From contig CAVPLT010000007.1 of NCBI GenBank assembly GCA_963706325.1, positions 480,001 through 544,000 on the forward strand: 64,000 nucleotides of DNA, given 5' to 3'. Positions within the stretch are counted from its first letter, which is position 1. Each line of letters opens with the position of its first letter. The translations under genes were made by a program, and so were the position numbers. This document shows positions 35,624 to 44,075 of the stretch, in pieces. Source of the stretch: an uncultured Nitrospiraceae bacterium (lineage in GTDB: Bacteria > Nitrospirota > Nitrospiria > Nitrospirales > Nitrospiraceae). The notes below the pieces were generated by a model. That model was given only the letters and a program-made list of their open reading frames with translations, ran no database searches and had not been told where the DNA came from.

Positions 35624-37636
35624 GTGACAAACCCTCGCCCCACCACCGATTCACGTCCGCTCCGGATTGCCCTTATCGGCGCAGGCCGACACGCACAGCA
35701 TCACGCGCGCGCGATTTTGCGCTGTTCCGGGGTTCAGCTTGTGGCGGTGGCTGACCCGTCTGAGGCCGCGCAGGCGGCCATGCGCGATATCGTGCCGGGC
35801 ATCGGTTGTTTCAAAACGCCAGACGAGCTGTTCGCGTCCGAGCGGCTCAATGTAGTGCATATCATTACGCCACCCGTCACCCATGCGTCCCTTGCCAAGC
35901 TAGCTCTCAAGGCCGGCTGCCACATTTATGTTGAGAAGCCGTTCACCGAATCAGTGGACGACGCTCGGCAGATCCTCGACGACGCGAACGCTAAAGGGTT
36001 GCGGGTTTGCGCAGGCCACCAGTTGCTGTATGAGCCGCCCACTCGAGTGCTGAAGAACTATTTGCCCGCCATCGGACGAGTTGTCCATGTTGAAAGCTAT
36101 TTCTCCTTCCGAACTGTCCGCCATGCGCCGGGCGGTCGTAAGGTCCTTCGAGCCGACCATCAGCTCCTCGACATCCTGCCGCATCCCGTCTATCTGCTGT
36201 TGCAGGTGTTGGAGCAGGCTGGTGACGGACGCACTGAGCTGCTGTCGCTGGAGGTAAGTCATGCGGGCACGGTTCACGCCCTCGTGCGACGCGGGGGAGT
36301 CACTGGAACTCTGATTGTGACGCTGGAAGGACGTCCCGTTGAAAGTTATTTGCGAGTCATCGGGCGAAATGGATCACTCGTTGCCGATTACGTGAGGAGC
36401 ACCACCCAGCGTGCCATCGGCCCTGGTTCGTCCGGCATCGATAAGTTGTTTGCGCCCTATCGGCAGGCCTGGCAGCTACTGGGCGGCACGACCTCGGCCA
36501 TGGCTAGACGCTTTCTCAAGAGTCAACGGAGTTACCCGGGGTTGGCCGAACTCTTCTCCGCGTTCTACGAGTCAGCGCGTAGCGGCAGCCCGTCGCCCCT
36601 GTCTCCAGAGAGCTTGTTGGAAACGGTGCGCATCTGCGAGCGGGTGGCCCAAGCGCTCAAGATAGGAGAAGCCAAGGCATTGGCTGCAGCGGCCCCGACA
36701 CCCGTCAATAGCCGTGGTGTGCTGGTGACGGGTGGAACGGGGTTTTTGGGGAAGGAAATCGTGCGCGCCTTACTGTTGCGCGGTCGTGCTGTCCGTGTGG
36801 TAGCCCGACGCGAGCCCTCGCCATGGGAGCGGATAGCCGGAGCGGAATACGTGGTGGGCGATGTGGCGACCGGAGCAGCGGCACACGTATTCAAGGGCGT
36901 GGATACCGTGATTCATGCGGCGGCAGAAACCGCCGGTGGGTGGCCCGAGCATCAGCGTAATTCATTGGATGCGACGGAGTACATAGTTCGAGGGGCCGCA
37001 GCGGCGGGCATCCGGCACTTCGTTCACGTCAGCAGTCTGGCGGTGTTGGCGCAGGGAAACGGTCACGCCATCGGCGATGACCATCCCCTAGAGCCTGACA
37101 GTAAAGGGTCCGGGCCCTATGTCTGGGGCAAGCTCGAATCGGAACGGTTGGCGGTGCAATTGGGGAAGGAACTTGGCGTCTCCGTGAAGGTCATTCGTCC
37201 CGGTGCCCTGGTAGATTATCGCGACTTTGATCCACCGGGGCGTCTAGGCAAACGCTTGGGCAATATCTTTGTGGCGGTCGGGTCGTCGAATGATCGTCTC
37301 GGAGTCGTGGATGTGGGGTTTGCGGGGCGATTTCTGGGCTGGATGACGGATGCGTGGGACAATGTGCCGACCCCGTTGAATCTGCTGGATCCCGTTTCGC
37401 CGACCAAGCGGGAACTGTTGGATCGGCTCCGCCAGGCCAATCCAGACCTCACGGTGGTCTGGCTGCCCAGAATGGTGCTCCTACCGCTATCATGGCTGGC
37501 GACGTTGGCGCAAAAGCTGTTGCGTCCGGGCAAGCCGGCCATCGATGTGGCCAAAGTGTTCAGCGTATTGCCCTACGACACGTCTGCAATCGCCAAGCTT
37601 GCCTCCCAGATGGATCACTCTGCTGAGAAGCACTAA
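35624..37636 (+). CDS. Fusion of a Gfo/Idh/MocA oxidoreductase and an NAD-dependent epimerase/dehydratase (extended SDR)
   Basis: N-half IGAGRHA, EKPF, LLDILPH; C-half VTGGTGFLG, HAAA, HVSS, YVWGK (YxxxK). Confidence 0.8.
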   Translation: MTNPRPTTDSRPLRIALIGAGRHAQHHARAILRCSGVQLVAVADPSEAAQAAMRDIVPGIGCFKTPDELFASERLNVVHIITPPVTHASLAKLALKAGCHIYVEKPFTESVDDARQILDDANAKGLRVCAGHQLLYEPPTRVLKNYLPAIGRVVHVESYFSFRTVRHAPGGRKVLRADHQLLDILPHPVYLLLQVLEQAGDGRTELLSLEVSHAGTVHALVRRGGVTGTLIVTLEGRPVESYLRVIGRNGSLVADYVRSTTQRAIGPGSSGIDKLFAPYRQAWQLLGGTTSAMARRFLKSQRSYPGLAELFSAFYESARSGSPSPLSPESLLETVRICERVAQALKIGEAKALAAAAPTPVNSRGVLVTGGTGFLGKEIVRALLLRGRAVRVVARREPSPWERIAGAEYVVGDVATGAAAHVFKGVDTVIHAAAETAGGWPEHQRNSLDATEYIVRGAAAAGIRHFVHVSSLAVLAQGNGHAIGDDHPLEPDSKGSGPYVWGKLESERLAVQLGKELGVSVKVIRPGALVDYRDFDPPGRLGKRLGNIFVAVGSSNDRLGVVDVGFAGRFLGWMTDAWDNVPTPLNLLDPVSPTKRELLDRLRQANPDLTVVWLPRMVLLPLSWLATLAQKLLRPGKPAIDVAKVFSVLPYDTSAIAKLASQMDHSAEKH

Positions 37637-37870
37637 CGTCGTCTTCATCCAGCCAGGTTGCATGGGTCCGGGAGGCTGCATTGCGATCTTCGCGTGAAGC
37701 TTACGATGTGACGGTATAAAGTAGTGAAACCAAAATGATATACTCGACTGCTAAAAAACAATTCATCCCGAGGTTGATTTGAACCGGCAGAGCGGGTAAG
37801 TCTACGCTGTATCCCACGAAGTGAGCCAGTCCGCCAACAACCATCCTCACCAGCGAAAAGTTGATTGATC

Positions 37871-39118
37871 ATGAATATTGGATCGAACGTGCGTCTTTTC
37901 ACCGTCAGCATGACCGTGCTGGGCGTCCTCTCTGGTTGTGCGGCGGACCATCGGTGGCGTTCGGCCATGGTGGACGGCGATCGTGCGTTGCGCTCAGGCG
38001 ACTACACGCATGCGGAAGAGTCATTTGTAGCCGCTCGCAAGGAGGCGGAAGTCCTCGATCCCCAAGGCAAGCGCCTGGCCGAAACATTGAGCCAACTGGG
38101 TCAAGTCAATCGCGAGTTAGGCCGATATCCGCGCGCGGAATCGCTCTTCCAGGAATCTCTCGCGATCAGGGAGCGTGTCTACGGGCCGGCTCATGCCGAG
38201 ACGGCTGCGAGCCTCACGGATTTGGGTGAACTCTATCGTCTACAAGGGCTCTATGCGCAGTCCGAGGCGCTCCATCAACGCGCCAAAGAGATTCGCGAAA
38301 AAGTGTTTGGCTCGGACCACAGCAAGACGGCGGAAAGTCTCAATAACATTGCCGTGGTGTATCAGGATCAGCACCGATTTGCCGATGCCGAACCGCTGCT
38401 GCAGAGGGCGCTCGCAATTCTCGAGAAGCAGCTGGGTCCGGAACATAGCCTCACAGCCATCACCCGCGATAATTTAGCGAAAATTTATCAAGCGCAGGGG
38501 CAACATGCTCGCGCGATGCCGCTTTACCAACGCGCACTAACGATTCACGAAAAGGCCTTTGGCCCCAACCATCCGATTGTTGCCAGAAATCTCGAAAATC
38601 TTGGAGATACCTATAGGGCACAGAACCAATACCCACAAGCTGAAGTGCTCTATCAACGCGCGGTGAAGATCTTTAGAAAATCGCTTGGAAACGATCATGT
38701 GGATACGGCTGAAGCCATGAGCCGTTTGGGGCAACTCTATGAATTGCAGGGCCTCTATTCCCAGGCGGAACCGCTTTATCAGCAGGCGATCGCCATTCGA
38801 GAAAAGCTGCAGGGTGCGGAGAATCCGCAGGTCGCCGGCGAATTGAAGAATCTGGCAGGGCTGTATGAATCGCAGAATCGGTTGGAGCAGTCCGAAGACC
38901 TCTATAAGCAGGCGCTGGGTATCTATGAACAGGCGGTAGGATATGATCGTGAAGCCTATGCTAAAACGTTAAAGAATTACGCCTCTCTCCTACGCCGGAA
39001 GCAACGCTCCGGCGAGGCCGAACGCCTCGAAGAGCGCGCCAAGGCAGTGTTGAAGCGATTGTCGTTGGAGACTCAAAGCCAGGGCAAAACTGCGGCTGAC
39101 ATACCGGCTGCTCCCTGA
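37871..39118 (+). CDS. Lipoprotein with kinesin-light-chain-type 42-aa TPR repeats
   Basis: Lipobox VLSGC; repeats such as TAESLNNIAVVYQDQHRFADAEPLLQRALAILEKQLGPEH. Confidence 0.8.
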   Translation: MNIGSNVRLFTVSMTVLGVLSGCAADHRWRSAMVDGDRALRSGDYTHAEESFVAARKEAEVLDPQGKRLAETLSQLGQVNRELGRYPRAESLFQESLAIRERVYGPAHAETAASLTDLGELYRLQGLYAQSEALHQRAKEIREKVFGSDHSKTAESLNNIAVVYQDQHRFADAEPLLQRALAILEKQLGPEHSLTAITRDNLAKIYQAQGQHARAMPLYQRALTIHEKAFGPNHPIVARNLENLGDTYRAQNQYPQAEVLYQRAVKIFRKSLGNDHVDTAEAMSRLGQLYELQGLYSQAEPLYQQAIAIREKLQGAENPQVAGELKNLAGLYESQNRLEQSEDLYKQALGIYEQAVGYDREAYAKTLKNYASLLRRKQRSGEAERLEERAKAVLKRLSLETQSQGKTAADIPAAP

Positions 39119-39285
39119 GCCTAAAGGTTGTGTCTCATTTCCACCCTGCTAGTTCAAGGATTACATCTTTGGATATAACGTATTCAGACGCCGCCTGATC
39201 TTGCGTATGACGTTTTGAGTCGCAGAGCGCCATCTCCTACAGTGTGCCGCCATAGCGACTGTTTGATCCACACAGAGGGACCCCC

Positions 39286-40038
39286 ATGAATCGAACGGTA
39301 ATTGCGATGCTCGCCGTAATCGTTGTGGCCACCGGGGCCTGCACGAGCAAGCCTCCTAAGAAGCAGTTCCAGCGTCTAGCCGGGGAGTTTGTCTCACCCA
39401 TCCACATTACAAAGCCGGTCGATCAACAGAGCGCGGTCATCGGTATCACGATCACGAGCGCCACATGGGCACCCAATACAGAGGATCGATTGTATCTGGT
39501 GAAGGTGGAGAACGATCGAGATGTCTTTAGCGGCGCCAACCTCATTCCAACGAGCATCATGGCTCCGCTTCCAGGTGGAGGAGGAGGAGGTACGGTCTAT
39601 GTGCAGAATGTACCGCCGGGACGTTATGCGGCCGTTGCGTTTTCAACCTCGGAAAGAGGATTCGGCAAAGTGCGTGAGGTGACGCTGTTTCTTCTTCCGA
39701 AGGAGATGGTGAAACAGACCGAAACGACTGTGACCGCGGGCAGCATTAGTTTTATGGGGGCGTACGATATGGGACCCTCGACGATGGTCCTTCAGGAAAA
39801 AGCGACGGACGATGTTCAAACTCATTACTTTGAAGTGTTCTGGGGCAAGCCGCTGGTTCAAGTGATTGCCGATCTCCAGGTCATGGGCACGCCGGCTTAT
39901 TTCCCCGTTCATGCCGTCAGTTTGATCAAATCGAGCCGGGACGCCACTGCCGAAGAACGGTTCCTTGCCACTGCCAAGCATGAGCTGGAGCCGAGTTGGG
40001 CACCCGTGATCGAACGGCGCCGCACTGCAGCGAAGTGA
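39286..40038 (+). CDS. Hypothetical lipoprotein
   Basis: RBS AGAGGGA; signal peptide with lipobox ATGAC; NVPPGRY beta-sandwich-like motif. Confidence 0.65.
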   Translation: MNRTVIAMLAVIVVATGACTSKPPKKQFQRLAGEFVSPIHITKPVDQQSAVIGITITSATWAPNTEDRLYLVKVENDRDVFSGANLIPTSIMAPLPGGGGGGTVYVQNVPPGRYAAVAFSTSERGFGKVREVTLFLLPKEMVKQTETTVTAGSISFMGAYDMGPSTMVLQEKATDDVQTHYFEVFWGKPLVQVIADLQVMGTPAYFPVHAVSLIKSSRDATAEERFLATAKHELEPSWAPVIERRRTAAK

Positions 40039-40146
40039 TACCCGTCCGTCTCTGTTAACCTGCAGTTTACCTCCTCCTAAGTGTCCTGTTACCTGGGACC
40101 CGTATTCTGATATCAACAGAGTCACTCTCAAACAGGAGGGGTACCC

Positions 40147-40547
40147 ATGAGCCTCGTACAAGTAGGGGATCAGATTGTTCGCTCCCGTCCGCGCCGTCCC
40201 GAGCTTTCTTCTCTTCACCGTGAATTACTCATGGCCCGCATTGAGTGGTTGTTCCAAGCTTCCACCGGGGCTTTCCGCAGCATATGCACAAGCAGCCTGA
40301 GGACGTCGTAGAACCGGGTTGTCTCTCTCAGCAATCCGATCTAGGCGAGCTGATCGCACAGCAAGCCTCCGCGAAACTTCAGCACATCCAGCGCGCTTTG
40401 GATCACATCTGGGACGCCTCCTATGGCATATGCCGCGAATGCAGGAATGAGATCCCGTACTCGCGATTAAGGTTTCAGCCTCAGGCAGTGCTGTGTATGG
40501 GTTGTATCGAGAAACGGCTCGAACACCTCTCTGCAGATGCGCTTTAA
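40147..40547 (+). pseudogene. TraR/DksA C4 zinc-finger protein, frameshifted as sequenced
   Basis: RBS CAGGAGGG and ATG 40147 (MSLVQVGDQ...) in one frame; C-half (ALDHIWDASYGICRECRNEIPYSRL...LCMGC) in another. One extra G in GGGG 40267-40270 joins them into 133 aa. Confidence 0.7.
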
Positions 40548-40924
40548 CTAGAACCAAGTTCGAGCGGACTCGGAATGCCGCTTGAATGCTGGCCGCATGG
40601 CCTATCATTCTTCACGTCGTCACTTCAGATGTTTCCGAACAATTCCGTCCTTTGTTATCCGCATTCTCCGGCACGATATATGACCCGGGAGGCTATTTTC
40701 AGCAACCGGGAGTTCGAGTGTGGATCAAGCGTGGACAGATGGACGTCAAGCTCTAGGGGCGGGATAGAACGACTGCGCGATAGACATGGTGAGCCTTTCA
40801 TCAAGGCGGCAACGATCGCTTCCACCGAACAGTACAGGAAGCAAGTGTGCCATCAGAGCTAGATGAAGGAGCGGCCAACAATGATGTGAGCGGATGGAGA
40901 GCGGCTCAACTTTGAATCAATCGG

Positions 40925-43063
40925 CTACGGAACGAGCTTGTTCATTAACCATTGTTGGGCCGAACGAGGGGCTCGGCGGCCGGGGGTCAGACGCCGATAA
41001 GTACCGTCACGATGTAAAATCCAGGCATGGGTGTTGTCGTCCAGGTAGGGGCGAAGGCCCTCATCGATGACCCGCTGCCGTAAGGATTTGTCAAGCACCG
41101 GAAAAGCCACTTCGATACGCCGGAAAAAATTGCGATCCATCCAATCGGCACTCGAGAGGAAGACTCGGTCGTCGCCATCGTTGAGAAAATAGAAGATCCG
41201 GCTGTGTTCCAGGAACTGGCCAATGATCGAGCGCACCCGAATATGTTCAGAGAGACCCGCGATGCCCGGCCGTAAGGCGCAGGGCCCGCGGACTATCAGA
41301 TCGATTTTTACGCCGGCCTGCGAGGCCTTATAGAGCGCTCGAATAATTTGAGGTTCGAGGAGCGCATTCATCTTGGCGATAATGTGGGCAGGGCGGCCTT
41401 GCTTGGCACGGTCAGTTTCGCGGCCGATCCATTTGAGCAGTGTGGGATGCAAGGTGAATGGCGATTGGAGCAGATGTTTCAGCTTCCCCGGCCGTCCCAG
41501 TGAGGTCAACTGTTGAAAGATACGACGGACGTCGCGCCCGATGGCCGCATCACACGTGAGCAGGCCAAAATCAGTATAGAGTCGGGCATTGCGAACGTGA
41601 TAATTGCCGGTGCCAAGATGGGTATAGTGCCGAAGGAGCCGGCCTTCCCGTCGTAGTACCAGACTCATTTTGGCGTGCGTCTTATGTCCCACCACGCCAT
41701 ACACCACATGGGCGCCCGCCTCCTCCAAATCGTGAGCCAGTTCGATGTTCGCTTCTTCGTCGAAACGAGCGCGGAGCTCGATCACGACGGTGACTTCCTT
41801 CCCGCCTCGCGCCGCATCCACCAAGGATTGCACGATGGCTGAATCCGCGCCCGTTCGATACAACGTCTGCTTGATGGTGAGGACGTGCGGGTCTGCGGCG
41901 GCCTGACGAAGGAATTCCGTCACCGGAGCGAAGGACTGATAGGGATGGTGCAGCAGGATGTCGCCCTGCCGGATGGCGTCGAACCAGTCCTCGCTCGGTG
42001 TAGGAGTGGAAGGAACGCTGGGGGTAAAGGACTGAAATTTGAGGTCGGGGCGTTCGACAAGGTCGGGCACGGTCATCAGTCGATGCAGATTGACCGGTCC
42101 ATGACATTGATACACGTCGTGCGAATCGAGGTGAAATTGTTCGCGGAGAAAATACACCATGTCCGGAGGGCAGTTGTCGGCCACCTCAAGTCGGACCGCA
42201 TCGCCGAATCGCCGATCGGGGAGTTGGCCTTCGAGCGCCCGTCGAAGATCGTCGACGTCTTCTTCGTCCACGAAGAGATTGCTGTTCCTCGTAACACGAA
42301 ACTGGTAACAGCCGGTGACATGCATGCCTGGAAAAAGCTGGTGGACAAAGGCATGGATGACGGACGATAAAAAGGCGAAATCATGCGGCCAGGTGCTGCT
42401 TCGAGCGGGTAGGCGAATCACGCGCGGGAGTGAGCGCGGGACTTGCACGATGGCGGTGCCATTCTGGCGGCCGAAGGCATCGGTGCCCTCCAGCGTGACC
42501 AAAAAGTTGAGGCTCTTGTTGAGCAACTTCGGAAACGGATGCGCGGGATCCAGCCCGACCGGGCTAAGGAGCGGAAGCAATTCGCGCGAAAAGAATCGGC
42601 GCATCCATCGAATGTGCGAGGGCATCCATTCGGCGCGCTTCAGAAACCGGATCCGCTGATCGGCCAATTGTGGAATGAGTCCATGGTTCAAGACCGTATA
42701 CTGTTCTTGCACCAGCTGATGTGTGAGCGTGGCTATGCGCGAAAGGAGTTCGGAGGGCGTCAGGCCGTCGGGGCCCGGTTGTTCCACGCCATGGGTAACC
42801 TGCTCTTTCAGCCCGGCAACGCGGACTTCAAAAAATTCGTCCAGGTTGGAACTCACGATGCAGAGGAATTTTAATCGTTCCAGCAGGGGGACCTTTTTGT
42901 CCTTCGCTAGATCCAGTACCCGACGATTGAATTCCAACAGGCTCAACTCACGATTGATGAACCATTCAGGGCGAGAAAGATCACTGGTGGCGGGCCGTGA
43001 ACCGGCCACGTCAGGGCTCGTGGGTCGGTCCTGCTGGTTGTGAGTTGAGTTCCGCAGTGACAT
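40925..43063 (-). CDS. ppk1: Polyphosphate kinase 1
   Basis: NRELSLLEFNRRV, SNLDEFFEVRV, DPAHPFP, LHHPY, ARFDEEANI, KTHAK, GTGNY, SADWMDRN. Confidence 0.96.
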   Translation of the reverse strand: MSLRNSTHNQQDRPTSPDVAGSRPATSDLSRPEWFINRELSLLEFNRRVLDLAKDKKVPLLERLKFLCIVSSNLDEFFEVRVAGLKEQVTHGVEQPGPDGLTPSELLSRIATLTHQLVQEQYTVLNHGLIPQLADQRIRFLKRAEWMPSHIRWMRRFFSRELLPLLSPVGLDPAHPFPKLLNKSLNFLVTLEGTDAFGRQNGTAIVQVPRSLPRVIRLPARSSTWPHDFAFLSSVIHAFVHQLFPGMHVTGCYQFRVTRNSNLFVDEEDVDDLRRALEGQLPDRRFGDAVRLEVADNCPPDMVYFLREQFHLDSHDVYQCHGPVNLHRLMTVPDLVERPDLKFQSFTPSVPSTPTPSEDWFDAIRQGDILLHHPYQSFAPVTEFLRQAAADPHVLTIKQTLYRTGADSAIVQSLVDAARGGKEVTVVIELRARFDEEANIELAHDLEEAGAHVVYGVVGHKTHAKMSLVLRREGRLLRHYTHLGTGNYHVRNARLYTDFGLLTCDAAIGRDVRRIFQQLTSLGRPGKLKHLLQSPFTLHPTLLKWIGRETDRAKQGRPAHIIAKMNALLEPQIIRALYKASQAGVKIDLIVRGPCALRPGIAGLSEHIRVRSIIGQFLEHSRIFYFLNDGDDRVFLSSADWMDRNFFRRIEVAFPVLDKSLRQRVIDEGLRPYLDDNTHAWILHRDGTYRRLTPGRRAPRSAQQWLMNKLVP

Positions 43064-43164
43064 AAGCAAAGAATCGGCAGTATCGCAATCGCCAGAGGCA
43101 AGGGATCAAGAGCCGGTTAAATGTATTAGGTGGCGCTCCAAGTCAGACATGATGTTGGAATGGT

Positions 43165-44073
43165 TCACCCCGCGCACCCGATGCGGCCGGTGGAAACCAC
43201 GAAGTTGTCCAGGTAGCGTTGTTGGACCTGGGCGAAGGGTACGGAAGTCCAATACTGCTCGAGATACACGGCGTTGATGCCGTAGTCATTGTAATCACCG
43301 ATCCAATTCAACCCCGTTCGCTGTGCCTCCTGTTGGTCGTCGATCCAGTACTCGAACAGGCCGTCGGCGGCTTCGCGACTATTGAGTTTCATGTGGACCT
43401 CAACGCAAAACCACTTGCCGACGTGGTCCGCGCTGAATAATGAGGTTTTGCCGCCGGCCGCTCCGATCCATCGCAAGCGTGGAAAGTCGTTGTACGTGGT
43501 CGTGCGCAGGTTGCCACGTTCGTCGGTTCCGGAGGCAGGGTCGAGATACAGCCGTTCGGGATCTGAGCCGGGCGAACCCCCGCTCCATACATGGCCAATG
43601 GCGGCCTGGGCAAATCGATCGCTGGCGAGGATCGTGGCTCTGGTCAGCTTGTCGGCCCCACCGCCCGTCCAACCCGGTTGGAGGCGGAGATAGAAGCGCC
43701 AATAGACCTCGCGGTACCGGGCCGTTCCCGCATCGACTGGTTTCATGTATGCGCTTGGAGTTTTGCCGAACGCGAGGTGCAGAAATCCTCCATGGGGATC
43801 ACCGGGGAGGTACTCCGCGCGCATGCCGGCTGAGCGGCCGACGCCCGCACCGGATTCGCGGACAAATCGACCATGCCGTTGATCGTACTCAAAATAGGTA
43901 CTGAGCCGATCGATCTCAAAATCATCGCACCAGACCCATTCTGCATGGCGGCTCTGCCAGTCCGCGCAGGCTGCATTCACCGGTGGTTCGGCAGCAGTCA
44001 ACGAACCATTTTCGCTGAACGACAAGACGGCAAGCAAGGCCGCTAAAAGTCGGCATCGCAGCTCAGGCGCCAT
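43165..44073 (-). CDS. Secreted hypothetical protein, concanavalin-A/polysaccharide-lyase-like beta-sandwich
   Basis: Signal peptide; WCDDFE, EVYWRFY, GKWFCVEVHMKLN, DGLFEYWID, YLDNFVVS. Confidence 0.55.
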   Translation of the reverse strand: MAPELRCRLLAALLAVLSFSENGSLTAAEPPVNAACADWQSRHAEWVWCDDFEIDRLSTYFEYDQRHGRFVRESGAGVGRSAGMRAEYLPGDPHGGFLHLAFGKTPSAYMKPVDAGTARYREVYWRFYLRLQPGWTGGGADKLTRATILASDRFAQAAIGHVWSGGSPGSDPERLYLDPASGTDERGNLRTTTYNDFPRLRWIGAAGGKTSLFSADHVGKWFCVEVHMKLNSREAADGLFEYWIDDQQEAQRTGLNWIGDYNDYGINAVYLEQYWTSVPFAQVQQRYLDNFVVSTGRIGCAG

Positions 44074-44075
44074 GA

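Noticed and set aside
37871..39118. Periodic DNA similarity suggesting a repeat array or CRISPR
   Set aside because: Explained by 42-aa TPR coding repeats; no repeat-spacer structure or cas genes anywhere in the window.
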